Position numbers and translations under genes: made by a program. 64,000 nucleotides of DNA from contig NIVC01001573.1 of assembly GCA_002269645.1 (NCBI GenBank), positions 1-64,000 of the forward strand, given 5' to 3'. Each line of letters opens with the position of its first letter. The stretch's first letter is position 1. Of the stretch, positions 19,720 to 33,400 are shown piece by piece. Origin of the DNA: Macrostomum lignano (lineage: Eukaryota). Below the pieces are notes generated by a model. The model worked only from the letters and a program-made list of their open reading frames with translations, did no database searches and had not been told where the DNA came from.

Positions 19720-20230
19720 GTCACGACTCACTGATGCAGTGGGTGGGGAGACAGGGGTCACTGATGCATCTGGGGATGGGAAGGCAGGGGTCACTGGTGC
19801 AACTGAGAAGGGGCAGACAGGGGTCTCTGGTGCATCTGGGAAGGGGGAGACAGGGGTCACTGGTGCAACTGGGAAGGGGAGGCAGGGGTCACAGTGAAGT
19901 AACTGGGGAGGGGAAGGCAGGGGTCACTGGTGCAACTGGGAAGGGGGAGACAGGGGTCACTGGTGCAACTGGGAAGGGGGAGGCAGGGGTCACTGATGCA
20001 ACTGGGGAGGGGAAGGCAGGGTTCACTGATGCATCTGAGGATGGGGAGACAGGGGTCACTGGTGCATCTGGGAAGGGGGAGACAGGGGTCACTGATGCAA
20101 CTGGGGAAGGGAAGGCAGGGGTCACTGATGCATCTGGGGAAGGGAAGGCAGGGGTCACTGGTGCAACTGGGAAGGGGGAGGCAGGGGTCACTGATGCATC
20201 TGGGGATGGGGAGGCAGGGGTCACAGTGAA
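19720..20230. repeat. About 33-bp minisatellite (GGGGTCACTGGTGCAACTGGGAAGGGGGAGGCA)
   Basis: Tandem copies between MTHFS and ADAM. Confidence 0.9.
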
Positions 20231-20421
20231 GTATCTGGATACCGCCGGTGTAAAAAATGAAAAAATGTACAAATATCAAGGCATTTTTGTTCTAATATAA
20301 AAGCTTCAAAATCGATTGCGATAAATTGGAAACAAAATTATTTATGTTTTTAATCGAATTAGTATTGAGCACGATTGATAATGAGAGTTCTAAAAAAGTC
20401 TACATGCATCTTAAGATGATT

Positions 20422-21039
20422 TCAATCAGTGACGATGTCATCAAGCGGCTGGTCAGAGTCGCCGGTGGGCACGGAGTCCACCAGCTGGTCGCTGAAGGCG
20501 ATGGCCACGGCGGCGCAGGCGGGGTTGGCGGCGCGGGCCCTGGCCAGGTAGCGGTCATAGTAGCCCATGCCCCGGCCCAGCCGCGCCCCGTCAGCTTGGC
20601 AGAATGCCAGGCCTGGTACTATAATGAGATCCAGCCCGCCGTTCTCCAGGCCCTCCTCCCTGGCGGGCGACCCGGGTTCGAGTCCCGGCTGCCGGATGCC
20701 CCACTTGGTGACTGGAAGCGAGGCCAGGTCCTCTCGGCCGGACACGGCCAGCATCTCCATGCCGCCGCCGCGGCTGTACCTCGGCACGAACAGCCGGCGG
20801 CCGCTATTGAAAATGTCGGCCACAATGCCGGCCGTGTCGACCTCCTCCGGCATGCTCAGGTAGACGCTGATCCGCTTAGCCGAGCGGTACCGATCGCTGG
20901 CCAGAAGCTTCTGGACAATGATGCCAGATTTTGAGCTGCGCTGCTCAGCTGACAGGGCGGCCAGGCGCGACTTGATGAGGCTGCGAAGCTGCGATTTGGC
21001 AGCTTTCACTGCGGCGGCGGCTGTTGGGCTGGAGGACAT
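20422..21039 (-). CDS. MTHFS: 5-formyltetrahydrofolate cyclo-ligase
   Basis: Intronless 205-aa ORF with KSQLR, SVYLSMPEEVDT, DLIIVPGLAF and RLGRGMGYYD motifs. Confidence 0.95.
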   Translation of the reverse strand: MSSSPTAAAAVKAAKSQLRSLIKSRLAALSAEQRSSKSGIIVQKLLASDRYRSAKRISVYLSMPEEVDTAGIVADIFNSGRRLFVPRYSRGGGMEMLAVSGREDLASLPVTKWGIRQPGLEPGSPAREEGLENGGLDLIIVPGLAFCQADGARLGRGMGYYDRYLARARAANPACAAVAIAFSDQLVDSVPTGDSDQPLDDIVTD

Positions 21040-21164
21040 TGGTTGGCTGCGGAGGGGTTGCGCAACTCTAGTGGAAATACCGCGGGCTGCCCGGAAGATT
21101 TTGAAGGGTGAGAATAAAAAAATTCTGCAGTTTCCTAAATACCTGCCTCTGAGAAGGCGCCACT

Positions 21165-22470
21165 GTCTCTTAGGTGAGCACCCCTTGTCTCTTAGGCGAG
21201 CCCCACTTGTCTCTTAGGTGAGGCTCAACTGTCTCTTAGGTGAGAGCGTCTCTTAGGTGAGGCTCAACTGTCTCTTAGGTGAGCCTCAACTGTCTCTTAA
21301 GTGAGCACCCCTTGTTTCTTAGGTGAGCCCCCTTGTTTCTTAGGTGAGCAACCCTTGTTTCTTAGGTGAGCCCCCTTGTTTCTTAGGTGAGCACCCCTTG
21401 TTTCTTAGGTGAGCAACCCTTGTTTCTTAGGTGAGCAACCCTTGTTTTTTAGGTGAGCACCCCTTGTTTCTTAGGTGAGCACCCTTGTTTCTTAGGTGAG
21501 CAACCCTTGTTTCTTAGGTGAGCCCCCTTGTTTCTTAGGTGAGCACCCCTTGTTTCTTAGGTGAGCAACCCTTGTTTCTTAGGTGAGCAACCCTTGTTTT
21601 TTAGGTGAGCACCCCTTGTTTCTTAGGTGAGCACCCTTGTTTCTTAGGTGAGCAACCCTGTCTCATAGGTGAGCCTCAACTGTCTCTTAGGTGAGCACCC
21701 TTGTTTCTTAGGTGAGCAACCGTCTCATAGGTGAGCCTCAACTGTCTTTTAGGTGAGCACCCTTGTTTCTTAGGTGAGCACCCCTTGTTTCTTAGGTGAG
21801 CACCCCTTGTTTCTTAGGTGAGCAACCCTTTTTTCTTAGGTGAGCACCCCTTGTTTCTTAGGTGAGCACCCCTGTCTCATAGGTGAGCCTCAACTGTCTC
21901 TTAGGTGAGCACCCCTTGTTTCTTAGGTGAGCCCCCTTGTTTCTTAGGTGAGCACCCCTTGTTTCTTAGGTGAGCAACCCTTGTTTTTTAGGTGAGCACC
22001 CCTTGTTTCTTAGGTGAGCACCCTTGTTTCTTAGGTGAGCAACCCTTGTTTCTTAGGTGAGCCCCCTTGTTTCTTAGGTGAGCACCCCTTGTTTCTTAGG
22101 TGAGCAACCCTTGTTTTTTAGGTGAGCACCCTTGTTTCTTAGGTGAGCAACCCTGTCTCATAGGTGAGCCTCAACTGTCTCTTAGGTGAGCACCCTTGTT
22201 TCTTAGGTGAGCAACCGTCTCATAGGTGAGCCTCAACTGTCTTTTAGGTGAGCACCCTTGTTTCTTAGGTGAGCACCCCTTGTTTCTTAGGTGAGCACCC
22301 CTTGTTTCTTAGGTGAGCAACCCTTTTTTCTTAGGTGAGCACCCCTTGTTTCTTAGGTGAGCACCCCTGTCTCATAGGTGAGCCTCAACTGTCTCTTAGG
22401 TGAGCACCCCTTGTTTCTTAGGTGAGCACCCCTGTCTCATAGGTGAGCCTCAACTGTCTCTTAGGTGAGC
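21165..22470. repeat. About 22-bp minisatellite (CCCCTTGTTTCTTAGGTGAGCA), about 60 copies
   Basis: Tandem copies upstream of MTHFS. Confidence 0.95.
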
Positions 22471-23204
22471 ACCCCCGGTCCCTCGGTATGCATCGGGTGA
22501 TGGCACATAATCCCGCATGAAAAAACCAGGTCTCTTCCTGTTGTTCTGGCAGGGTACGAGAAGTATCGAATCAGCCGATTTGAAGACTGCTTCGAGATTC
22601 GCTGTCTCTACCGTGTCTTCAAACTAGATGGCATTAAGTGTAAAATACTACTTTGAGTGTACCAGTAATGTCAAGCGTGTATAGCTTGAACAAAATAATT
22701 ATTACATAAACAGGTACACCCTCGGGATACTTTCAATTTCTGAAGTAACCTGATAGCAAAGGAACCTATGCACAAAATAATGCTACTAATTTGTAAGTAG
22801 TTTAATAACAATTGTATTAAATAATTTAAGCTTTTATCAATTTAGTTCAATTATTAGTCCTCCAGGAAACAAAGAAAATTAAAAGTTGCAGAATTTCTGT
22901 CTTAGATTATTTAGTACATTAATCATTAATTCCAATTCCAACATCAATTTTCTTTATTTACATTTTATGAAAATCAAATTTCTGAAGTGCGCGCATTTAA
23001 ATGCAAACAAACAAGATTCGCATTAAAAAACCTTTAACTTGAATTTGCCTGTTCTCATTGGGTTAATGGATGCAGACACAGGCACTACAGGCGCGTCTTG
23101 ACAATCAGCGGAATCGAACTTAGTACCCCTCGGAGACGGGAGTTGAACGCGTGCTAACTCCCATTGCTACATTCTGATTTTCTTTAAAATTTCATAAAAG
23201 AGGT

Positions 23205-23855
23205 GCTGCTGCTGCTGACGGTGCAGGAGGTGATGCTGACGGTGCAGGTGATGCTGACGGTGCAGGTGATGCCGACAGTGCAGGAGGTGATGCTGACGGT
23301 GCAGGTGATGCTGACAGTGCAGGTGATGCTGACGGTGCAGGAGGTGATGCTGACGGTGCAGGTGATGCCGACAGTGTAGGAGGTGATGCTGACGGTGCAG
23401 GTGATGCTGACGGTGCAGGAGGTGATGCCGACAGTGCAGGAGGTGATGCTGACGGTGCAGGTGATGCTGACGGTGCAGGAGGTGATGCTGACGGTGCAGG
23501 TGATGCCGACAGTGTAGGAGGTGATGCTGACGGTGCAGGTGATGCCGACAGTGCAGGAGGTGATGCTGACGGTGCAGGTGATGCTGACAGTGCAGGTGAT
23601 GCTGACGGTGCAGGAGGTGATGCTGACGGTGCAGGTGATGCCGACAGTGTAGGAGTTGATGCTGACGGTGCAGGTGATGCTGACGGTGCAGGAGGTGATG
23701 CCGACAGTGCAGGAGGTGATGCTGACGGTGCAGGTGATGCTGACGGTGCAGGAGGTGATGTTGACGGTGCAGGAGGTGATGCTGACGGTGCAGGAGGTAA
23801 TGCCGACGGTGCAGGAGGTGATGCCGACAGTGCAGGAGGTGATGCTGACAGTGCA
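23205..23855. repeat. 18/21-bp minisatellite (GGTGATGCTGACGGTGCAGGA)
   Basis: Tandem copies downstream of the ARMC5-like gene. Confidence 0.9.
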
Positions 23856-24059
23856 GGAACCCTGCCAGCAAGGACAGGCGCACACGGCATTTCGACTGCC
23901 TGCTGGCTTTTATAAGGCCTAACAGCAGCAGCCCAGTGTCTTTCTTGCTTTCTTTCATTTCTTTCTGCGCACTGTTTTATCGGTGTGTCGATTAACAAAA
24001 GACTTCCTCACAGAACCTCTTTCCGATGGTCTGAATCTACTGAGACTGATAGAAGTCGC

Positions 24060-27000
24060 TCACAGAGCCGCCAGTGCGGCATCGCAGAAGCTGTACAGGA
24101 AGTCGTGCAGCCAGCGGCCCCGATCCTCGCACATGCCGGCCAGCCGGCTGTCAGGCGTCAGAACGTCGGCCAGTTCAACGCCGAGGCGGCCGCTGGCCAG
24201 CAGGCGGGCCAGACAGAGCCTGGCTAGCTCGGAGTCCCTGAACACGCTGGCAGCGGTTAGCAGGCGACTCAACGGCGACTCAACAGTGGATGAAGAAGAC
24301 GCCGGAGATGCTGAGAAATAAACAAACGATGCCCGCATCAGCACTGCCTCGGCAGCCGACGGCAAGTCCAGCAGGAACCGGCGCCTGCAGGCGACAAGTC
24401 GCAGATAGTCGGCGAGCCGACGGAACGGCCCCGACTGGAGGTGCAGACAGGCGGAGCCCGAGTCCGCGCAGCCGTAGGCCAGGTGCAGCACGGACTCAAC
24501 AGTAGGCGGGTCAACATCGCGCAGCTGGATCCTGGTCGAGCCGGACTCGGCAAAGCTGCCAGCCAGGAGGGCTCGGAAATAATCCGACCGGGCGGTGAGG
24601 GCGGCCCGGTGACAGGACAGGCCGCTGGGCAGCGGCGGGTCCGCATCACCGTCCAGCGATGACGGGAAAGTCAGCAACAGGTCGGCTGGCTCGGAGGCGA
24701 TTCGAGCGCCGAACTGGCAGGTCGGGGCGCTCAGCTTGTCCTGTTGAATCTGGCGCTGCAAGCTGCCCCGCTGGAGTAGAAGAGTCCAGGCAATGTCGGC
24801 GGCGGAGCAGCTGGTGCTGCTGCTCAGGCGCAGGCTGGAGCTGACCACATCGGACAGTCGCTGGCCGGGGGGACCCAGCCGGCTCAGGCACAGGTGCAGC
24901 AGGCGCCTCAGGCCCAGCCCAGCCAGTTCAGCGTCTGGCGACTCGGCATTGTCAGCAGCGGCGTCTTCGGGTTCGTCGGATCGCCGCAGCAGACGGAATA
25001 GCCGGGCTACGAAGCCTGTGGCCCGGTGAGCTCGGCAGATTGTCGATGACTCAACCGTTGCTATGGTGACGGTGGGGTCAGTCCGATGGTCGCTCGGCCG
25101 GCCCGGCCTGAGCAGTAGACAGGGCAGGCTGAGGGCGCACAGGCGGGCGAGCCCGGGCCGCCGGCCAGAGGAGGCGAACCTGGACAGCGAGCGCAGGGTC
25201 TCCAGACCGAAGTGACTGCCAGCAGTGATGGCCGCTCTGTCCAGCACCTGCGGTTTTATTGCCAAATATCATATTATCTGTGCAATTTTTATCTAATCTC
25301 CGGCTTTCCAATCTAATCTCTGGCCTTCCAATCCAATTTCTGACGTTGTTATCTAATCTCTAGCTGTCTCAAACAATCTATGCCATTCTTATTTAATCTC
25401 TGGCCGACTCATCCTATGTCTGGCCGTCCCATCCAATCTCTGGCCGTCTCATCTAATCTCTGGCTGTCTTATCCAATCTCTGGCTGGCTCATCTGCCCTT
25501 CTTATCTAATCTCTGGCCGTATGATCCAATCTCTGGCCGTCTAATCTAATCTCTGGCTTGCTAATCCAATCTCTAGCTCTCTCATTCAATCTCTGCTCTT
25601 CTTATCTAATATATGGCCATCCGATCCAATCTCTGGCCGTCCCGTCTCATCCAATCTCTAGCAGTCTCATTCAATCTCTGCCCTTCTTATCTTATTTCTG
25701 GCCGTCTCATCCAATCTCTGGCTGCCTCATCCAATCTCTGGCTGTCTCATCCAATATCTGGCCGTCTCATTAATATATGGCTGTCTCATCCAATATCTGG
25801 CCGTCTCATTAATATATGGCTGTCTCATCCAATATCTGGCCGTCTCATTAATATATGGCTGTCTCATCCAATATCTGGCCGTCTCATTAATATATGGCTG
25901 TCTCATCCAATCTCGACTGCCCTTCTCATTCAATCTCTGCCCTTCTTATCTCTAATTTCTCTTCTGTCCTTCTCTCTTGACCTTGACCTCCAATTCTACA
26001 AGTAACCGAACTTGCTAACCCTCACCTGATCGAGCTCGTAGCAGCTGCCCGAGCACCTTGCGGACGCTGTCTCCGCCCAGAGGCTACCGCTAGTAGCGCC
26101 AGCAGCCCTGCAGTCGGGGTCGAACCGCCTGGCCAAGGCCAGCACGCATCCGCCAGAGATGAGCGGCTCCAGCGCGAATTGGCAGCCGGCCAGCTGCCTC
26201 ATGAGCAGCCAGCAGCGCAGGTGAGGCCTGGCAATCAGGTAGTCAACAAGCAGGCGCAGCGTGGCCGCGGGTTCCAGCAATGCCGGCCGCAGGCGAGAGT
26301 CGCTGGCCAGCTGGGTCAGGCAATGCAGAGCCGCGCCTTCCACATCGCCGAGAGTCACCGGCTCGCCGTCGGGCTCAGCTGCTTCATCGGCCTCATCAAC
26401 GCCAAGCGCCTCCTCTTCGGGCACCACCTCTGAGAATAGCGAGGCAGCGTCGTCGTCATAAAAGTCGTCGTCGTCATTGTCGTCCCTGACGACGCCGTGG
26501 AAGTCTTCAGGATCATCAGCAAAATCATCGTCGCAGTCTGAGGAGGCTGACGAAGCCGCTGAAGAAGAATCGCCGGACGAAGTGGCCGAGGAGGAGCCGG
26601 AAGACGCAGACGAGGCAGCGGGCGAATACGGCGGAGTCGGGTAGATGGGACTTGCACAGGTAGAGATTGCTGTTGTTGCTTTCGGCGCTGCTGCAGATTT
26701 TGTTGCAGATTTTTCAGCGGCAGTTTTTGAGGTGGCCAAGTTCGACGCCGAGGACAGACTCTCGGCCTCGGCTTGTGAGCTCGCTGTAGATGTCGAAGCA
26801 GCAGCTTCGTCGGTGAGGGTGTCGACCAGGGCTGAGGCGAGGCCCCAGCGGGCCAGCTCGGCCAGGCCCCGCCTGTCGTAGGCAAAGCAGGCGATGCACC
26901 GCATGGCCGTCAGGCGGACCGCCTGCCAGCTGAAGCGACAGCGCAGCGCTACGATCAGCACTCGATGACAGTCGGACTCGGCCGGGAGTCGAACTCGCGA

Positions 27001-28209
27001 CCACGGATCGGCGCACAGCCGGTAATAGGCGGCCAGAGATCGGCGAACAAGTCGGCGCCCCTGGCGACGCTGCTGGCTGGCGGGCTGGTCGGCCTGGAGT
27101 TGCAGCAGCAGCAGGCGGGCCAGGCAGGCGGGGAAGCCGGCCCGAAGGCAGGCCTGGCGACCCGGGGCGGAGCAGCGGCACAGCGCGGCCAGGCAGTTGA
27201 AGGCCAGGCGGCTGTCATCGCCGCCCAGCAGGCCGGCAGAAGCGACGGTCACCAGCGGGCTGCAGTCGAGATCGTCGGCCGTCAGGTGCTCAGGTGAGCA
27301 GGCTGGCAGCAGGTGGCCGAGCAGCCGGATAATAGCGGTGGTGATCACCGAGGCCGAGGACTTGGCGGGTTTCGACGCCTGCGCTGCTGACTGTTGCTGC
27401 CGCTTCGGAGGCTGGGACTGCGGCTGCTGGCCTGGAGATCTGCAGGGTGGGGAATCGTAAATGCATGGTTTGCATGAGGATCTGGGAGGCTGGCCCAGCC
27501 ACTGAAGATCTGGGAGGCTGGCCCATCAACTGAGAATCTGGGAGGCTGGCCCAGCAACTGAGGATCTGGAAGGCTGGCCCAGCAACTGACACTCTGGGAG
27601 GCTGGCCCAGCAACTGGGGATCTGGGAGGCTGGCCCAGCCACTGAAGATCTGGGAGGCTGGCCCATCAACTGAGGATCTGGGAGGCTGGCCCAGCAACTG
27701 AGGATCTGGAAGGCTGGCCCAGCAACTGAGGATCTGGAAGGCTGGCCCAGCAACTGGGGATCTGGGAGGCTGGCCCAGCCACTGAAGATCTGGGAGGCTG
27801 GCCCATCAACTGAGAATCTGGGAGGCTGGCCCAGCAACTGAGGATCTGGAAGGCTGGCCCAGCAACTGAGGATCTGTGTGTCCGGGAGGCCTCACCTGGA
27901 GAGTCTGGCAGCCAGTTTATTCAGCAGGTGCGGACAGGCGCCAGCCGCCGCCAGCCGCTGCGGCCCGCCAGGCAGGCGAGTCACCAGGCGCAGACATCGA
28001 ACCGACAGATAGACTTCAACATCGTCGGCGTCTTCCGCATCCGCATTCGCCATGGCAACCAATTGTTCGCTGGCCTCCATAGCAACGGGCGGAGCGGCCG
28101 ATCGCAGCAGGTCGTGAATGCGTCGCTTAGCAACCAGAGAAGCGCCGGGGCCGCCGGAGGATTTGAGCAGGGAGTAGCTGGACAGCAGCGAGTCCAGCTG
28201 GCCGGCCAT
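24060..28209 (-). CDS. ARMC5: ARM-repeat + C-terminal BTB protein, ARMC5-like (971 aa)
   Basis: Exons 28209-27896, 27439-26026, 25247-24060 join in frame. Helical ARM-like repeats are followed by a BTB signature (ADLLLTF...CHRAALTARSDYFRALLAGSFAES). The domain order matches ARMC5. Confidence 0.75.
25300..25970. repeat. Degenerate ATCTGGCCGTCTCATCCAATCT array
   Basis: ARMC5-like intron 2. Confidence 0.8.
27475..27875. repeat. 28-bp minisatellite (CTGGGAGGCTGGCCCAGCAACTGAGGAT)
   Basis: ARMC5-like intron 1; the same unit occurs inverted at 53145-53398. Confidence 0.9.
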
Positions 28210-28964
28210 GGCATCTCAGTGGCGAGGCTGCAAATCAAATTTTCGTCTAACCGGATGAAGAGCAAGCCGCTAGTCTTTGTATACTAAGAAGGCAATAAAA
28301 GAACAAAGAGGAAACGCTGAAAAAGTGTTTTGTTTATAATTCATAACTGCTTGCATAGTTTAATAGAAGGTTTAAATACGAAGTAGGTTTATTTGTGTTC
28401 GTAATAATATAGTATATAACAATATACAGTATACGAGATGAGAGCTTCAATATCAGTACAGAACTATAAATACCATAGTGTGAGTCTTGTACGGGAAAGT
28501 AGTGTAATGCGAGCATATTGGGTAGGGCCAGAGTAACTCTACCGAATCCCAACTCAGGGTGAAATTCTCTCTAACACGGGGTAGCCGGATTAAAACAAAA
28601 CAAAACAATTGGCAATATTATAAAAAACGATTTGAAAGATTTCTGGGCTACCCCGCTATATCTCCGGTTTCTTAAATTTGGTAAAACAATATGCAAAACA
28701 GCTACTTACCAAAGTAGTATTGGGGCGTGGTGAGTCAGAGAGTCGGCGGAGCAGCAGGCAGGGCAAAAATAAGCTTTGTACAAATAAGATAAAGAAAAAT
28801 ACATCTCCGTAAAACAATGGTAAGCGACAGATGAATAAAACACTTTATTTAACAGAAGCCATTATTGATTGGTGAAATTCCAGGTACAGGTTTTCTATAA
28901 AATCATCCTAAGGTTGCACTTGACCTGAGGATCAGACCAGTTCAAGGCGATTCTCACGGTAATT

Positions 28965-30190
28965 TATGGGGCGATTCTCATGGTGGACTATGGGGCGATT
29001 CTCAGCGTGGATTATAAGGCGATTCTCAGGGTGGATTATGAGGCGATTCTCAGGGTGGATTTTGGGGCGATTTTCATGGTGGATTATGGGGCGATTCTCA
29101 TGGTGGATTATGGGGCGATTCTCATGGTGGATTATGGGGCGATTCTCATGGTGGATTATGGGGCGATTCTCATGGTGGATTATGGGGCGATTCTCAGGGT
29201 GGATTATGGGGCGATTCTCAGAGTGGATTATGGGGCGATTCTCAGGGTGGATTATGGGGCGATTCTCAGGGTGGATTATAAGGCGATTCCCAGGGTGGAT
29301 TATGGGGCAATTCTCAGGGTGGATTATAATGCGATTCTCATGGTGGATTATTAGGCGATTCTCAGCGTGGATTATGGGGCGATTCCCAGGGTGGATTATG
29401 GGGCGATTCCCAAGGTGGATTATGAGGCGATTCTCATGGTGGATTATGGGGCGATTCTCAGGGTGGATTATGGGGCGATTCTCAGCGTGGATTATGGGGC
29501 GATTCTCAGCGTGGATTATGAAGCGATTCTCAGCGTGGATTATGGGGCGATTCCCAGGGTGGATTATGGGGCGATTCCAAAGGTGGAATATGGGGCGATT
29601 CTCATGGTGGATTATGGGGCGATTCTCAGGGTGGATTATGGGGCGATTCTCAGCGTGGATTATGAGGCGATTCTCAGCGTGGATTATGGGGCGATTCTCA
29701 TGGTGGATTATGGGGCGATTCTCATGGTGGATTATGGGGCGATTCTCAGCGTGGATTATGAGGCGATTCTCAGCGTGGATTATGAGGCGATTCTCAGCGT
29801 GGATTATGGGGCGATTCCCAGGGTGGATTATGGGGCGATTCCCAAGGTGGATTATGGGGCGATTCTCATGATGGATTATGGGGCGATTCTCAGGGTGGAC
29901 TATGGGGCGATTCTCATGGTGGATTACGGGGCGATTCTCATGGTGGATTATGGGGCGATTCTCAGGGTGGATTATGGGGCGATTCTCAGGGTGGATTATG
30001 GGGCGATTCTCAGGGTGGATTATGGGGCGATTCTCATGGTGGATTATGGGGCGATTCTCAGGGTGGATTATGAGGCGATTCTCAGTGTGGATTGTGGGGC
30101 GATTCTCATGGTGGATTACGATACGAATTTTCATAGTGGATTATGAGGCGATTCTCATGGTGGATTATGCTGCGATTCTCATGGTAGATT
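28965..30190. repeat. 24-bp minisatellite (GTGGATTATGGGGCGATTCTCAGG)
   Basis: About 50 copies between the JADE 3' end and the ARMC5-like 5' end. Confidence 0.95.
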
Positions 30191-30400
30191 ATGGGGCGAA
30201 TGTAAGGGGCGATTCTCAGAGTGGTTTATGGGGCGAATTTTATATCGTTTACTACGGGGGCTGGACAATTCTGGGAAAGAAATCTAAAAATATCAGATAT
30301 CGCAAGGCCATTTTCAGAACGTGTTCGAAAACCCCAAGCCGCAAAATCTCGTAGACAACTTGGCATAATTTGAATTACTTATCATTTATAACAAACAAAA

Positions 30401-33400
30401 CTAACGCAGTCGCTTTTTCCCAACACCTGCAGATTTGTCTTGCTGCCTTGGCCAGCGCCTCAGCTGCCGCGGTCTGGGCCTCTGTCGCCGAGGCGTCGTC
30501 AGCTTCTGCTGCCGCTTACTTGCTGCCGGCACCGCGGCATGAGTGGCAGAGTTTGCACGCGGTTGCCCATTCCGCCTGACTGATTTAACAGCGGAAGCTC
30601 TGCAGCTGTGACCCCGCCGCTTGTCCGAGTTGTTGTTGCCGTCAACCTGCGGCGGCCGACTACCAGCTGGCATCGGCGGAGTCGACGGCGAGCTGGAGGC
30701 CGCGGCGGCTCCTTTCTGCTTGCCGAACTGGCAGCCCAGCTGGCACTCGCCAATCCGCTGGCAGGTGTGCAGCAGGCTGCGCTTGGTTTTCTCCCGCCTC
30801 AGCACCAGGTAGCAGAGATTGCGGACTCGCTCCAGGTCCAGCCTGAGGCGGACCAGGGTGCGGCCCTGCTGCACCAGCTTCGCGTCCTCGGCGCCGCCGC
30901 CGCCGCCCGGGCCTTCGATGCTGACAGCCGGCGACGAGCTCTGATAGCCGCAGTCTGCGGCTGATGTCGCTGAAGCAGCCGCAGAAGCCACGGCCTGCTG
31001 CGCCAATGGCAGGTGCAACTGCTGGCAGAGGTGGCCAGAAGGGTCGGAGCAGTCGGCCACGGAGGTGGTCAGCATTGGGCGACAGCCGCCTGCCTGCGAG
31101 AGGGAAATGCAGATTGCCATGTGAGGAGCGGAGAGGCTCATGCAAGGAGCGGATGTGAGGAGGAGCGGCTCATGAAGGGAGCGGATGTGAGGAGGAGCGG
31201 CTCATGAAGGGAGCGGATGTGAGGAGGAGCGGCTCATGAAGGTAGCGGATGTGAGGAGGAGCGGCTCATGAAGGGAGCGGATGTGAGGAGGAGCGGCTCA
31301 TGAAGGGAGCGGATGTGAGGAGGAGCGGCTCATGAAGGGAGCGGATGTGAGGAGGAGCGGCTCATGAAGGGAGCGGATGTGAGGAGGAGCGGCTCATGAA
31401 GGGAGCGGATGTGAGGAGGAGCGGCTCATGAAGGGAGCGGATGTGAGGAGGAGCGGCTCATGAAGGGAGCGGATGTGAGGAGGAGCGGCTCATGAAGGGA
31501 GCGGATGTGAGGAGGAGCGGCTCATGAAGGGAGCGGATGTGAGGAGGAGCGGCTCATGAAGGGAGCGGATGTGAGGAGCGGCTCATGAAGGGAGCGGATG
31601 TGAGGGAGAGGCGCAGGTGCCTGTGCTAAAACTCACAGTTCTCTTCAGCTTCCAGTAATCCAGAACGAGCGACACAGTTTTGGCGTCGATCTTTCGCGAG
31701 CCAAGGCTGCGCTGCAGGTCGCCGGGACTGACGGCCGTGTGGAAGTTTGCCTCCAACTCTTTTAGCCTGCGGGTTTTTTAGTAACTTACAAGTAGTATAT
31801 TAAGGATATTTTTGGGATTAAAGCATCTAGAAGGGTCGAGATTGAGATCTTGGGTCGGAATCTGGGATGAATTGGGTATGAAAGCCATGGAATTGTAACG
31901 CTGAAGGGGAAATGTGAAACTTTGGTACTTGGGAAACTTTAGGGGATCTGTAATAATGGGAATACTGGGATCAGGAATGGAAAACTTGATTAAAAGGGGA
32001 TTTTGAATGGGAAAACTTGATTAAAAGGGATTTCGAATGGGAAAACTTGATTAAAAGGGGACTTTGAATGGGAAAACTTGATTAAAAGGGGATTTTGAAT
32101 GGGAAAACTTGATTAAAAGGGGATTTTGAATGGGAAAACTAGGATAAAATGGGATTTTGAATGGGAAAACTAAAATAAAAGGGAATTTTGAATGGGAAAA
32201 CTAGGATAAAAGGGGATTTCGAATGGGAATACTTGATTAAAAGGGGATTTTGAATGGAAAACTTGATTAAAAGGGAATTTTCAATGGAAGACTAAAATAA
32301 AAGGGAATTTTGAATGGGAAAACTAAAATAAAAGAGGATTTTGAATGGGAAAACGAGGATAAAAGAGGATTTTAAATGGGAAAACGAGGATAAAAGGGGA
32401 TTTTGAATGGGAAAACTCGTACTAAGACATCAAAGAATATTAGGGGAAGTGAAAGACAGCAAATGGGATCCATCAGAAAGCAAAACCTACTTCATGTTTC
32501 TCTTATTAAGAAGGCCATTGTCAGGTCCGGTACGATTTCTTCCCAGCGTCTCCCGCTGCAGCGCCAAAGCCAGCTGAACCGGTGGCTTTCCCTTAAGCTG
32601 TTTCAGCTTCCGCTTGAGCTTCATCAGCTGCTCCCGCCTACGGCGCCACTGCCGCTCGCGTCCCATGGCTTTGGCCGCTTCAGCCGTGTCGGCGTGTCGA
32701 TCGCAGTACACCAGGTACTTTCGTCGACCGTCCCGACCTTCTACTGAGGCCAGCCGGCCTCCGCCGCCGGCTACGCCGACGCTGCCGCGGCTGGTTGCTA
32801 GGCAACCGACGTGGAATGCGGCGTTGCAGCGCCGGACGCCGCACTGGACGCAGGCGCCGACGCCGCGCTGTCGACAGATCCGACAGAGCAGGGCGCATCG
32901 CCACGGCGGCACCTCGGCTTCGAAGTCCTGAGAAGTGAAAGATATAAACAATGATTCGTTTTTCAAAATTGGCCTCTTCAAACGCTACGGTTTTAACTAT
33001 TAGTGCAGTAACCAGCCGTTGTTAGTATGCACGTATTGTTGACAATTCGGTGGCAGCGTCAGAGCCGGAGTGGCGCAGCCAGTCTCCGCATGGAGAACGT
33101 TGCGAGCATTGACCACAAATTCATTTCGAGCGGTTTCCTCACACTATCTGGTTGTCTATGTAAACAATAATAATAATAATAATAATTGATTACACCTGCC
33201 CCGATTGGGCCAGATGTGCAACCGACAGCTCAGCCGCAGCTATTGCGCGGCGCATCTGAAGGCTGCGTACGGCTGTTCAGTCCAAGGACTGGGGGGTCGC
33301 CACACACACCCTCAGTTACCCCAGCTAATGCTGGCACCCATTTTACAGCTGGGTGAACTGAAGCAATGCAGAGGTTTAAAGTGTCTTGCTCAAGAACACA

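Noticed and set aside
22500-22650. Possible + strand exon after the AG|GT array (YEKYRISRFEDCFEIRC...)
   Set aside because: A short frame with no recognisable homology and no supported upstream coding exon.
23167-23998. His-rich, Pro/Ala-rich and TVSITC repeat ORFs
   Set aside because: Open in several frames because of the 18/21-bp unit; no unique flanking domain or splice support.
28932-30354. ENRPIIH / MGRFSWWI / VDYGAIL repeat ORFs
   Set aside because: A 24-bp unit without stops gives ORFs on both strands; no independent coding evidence.
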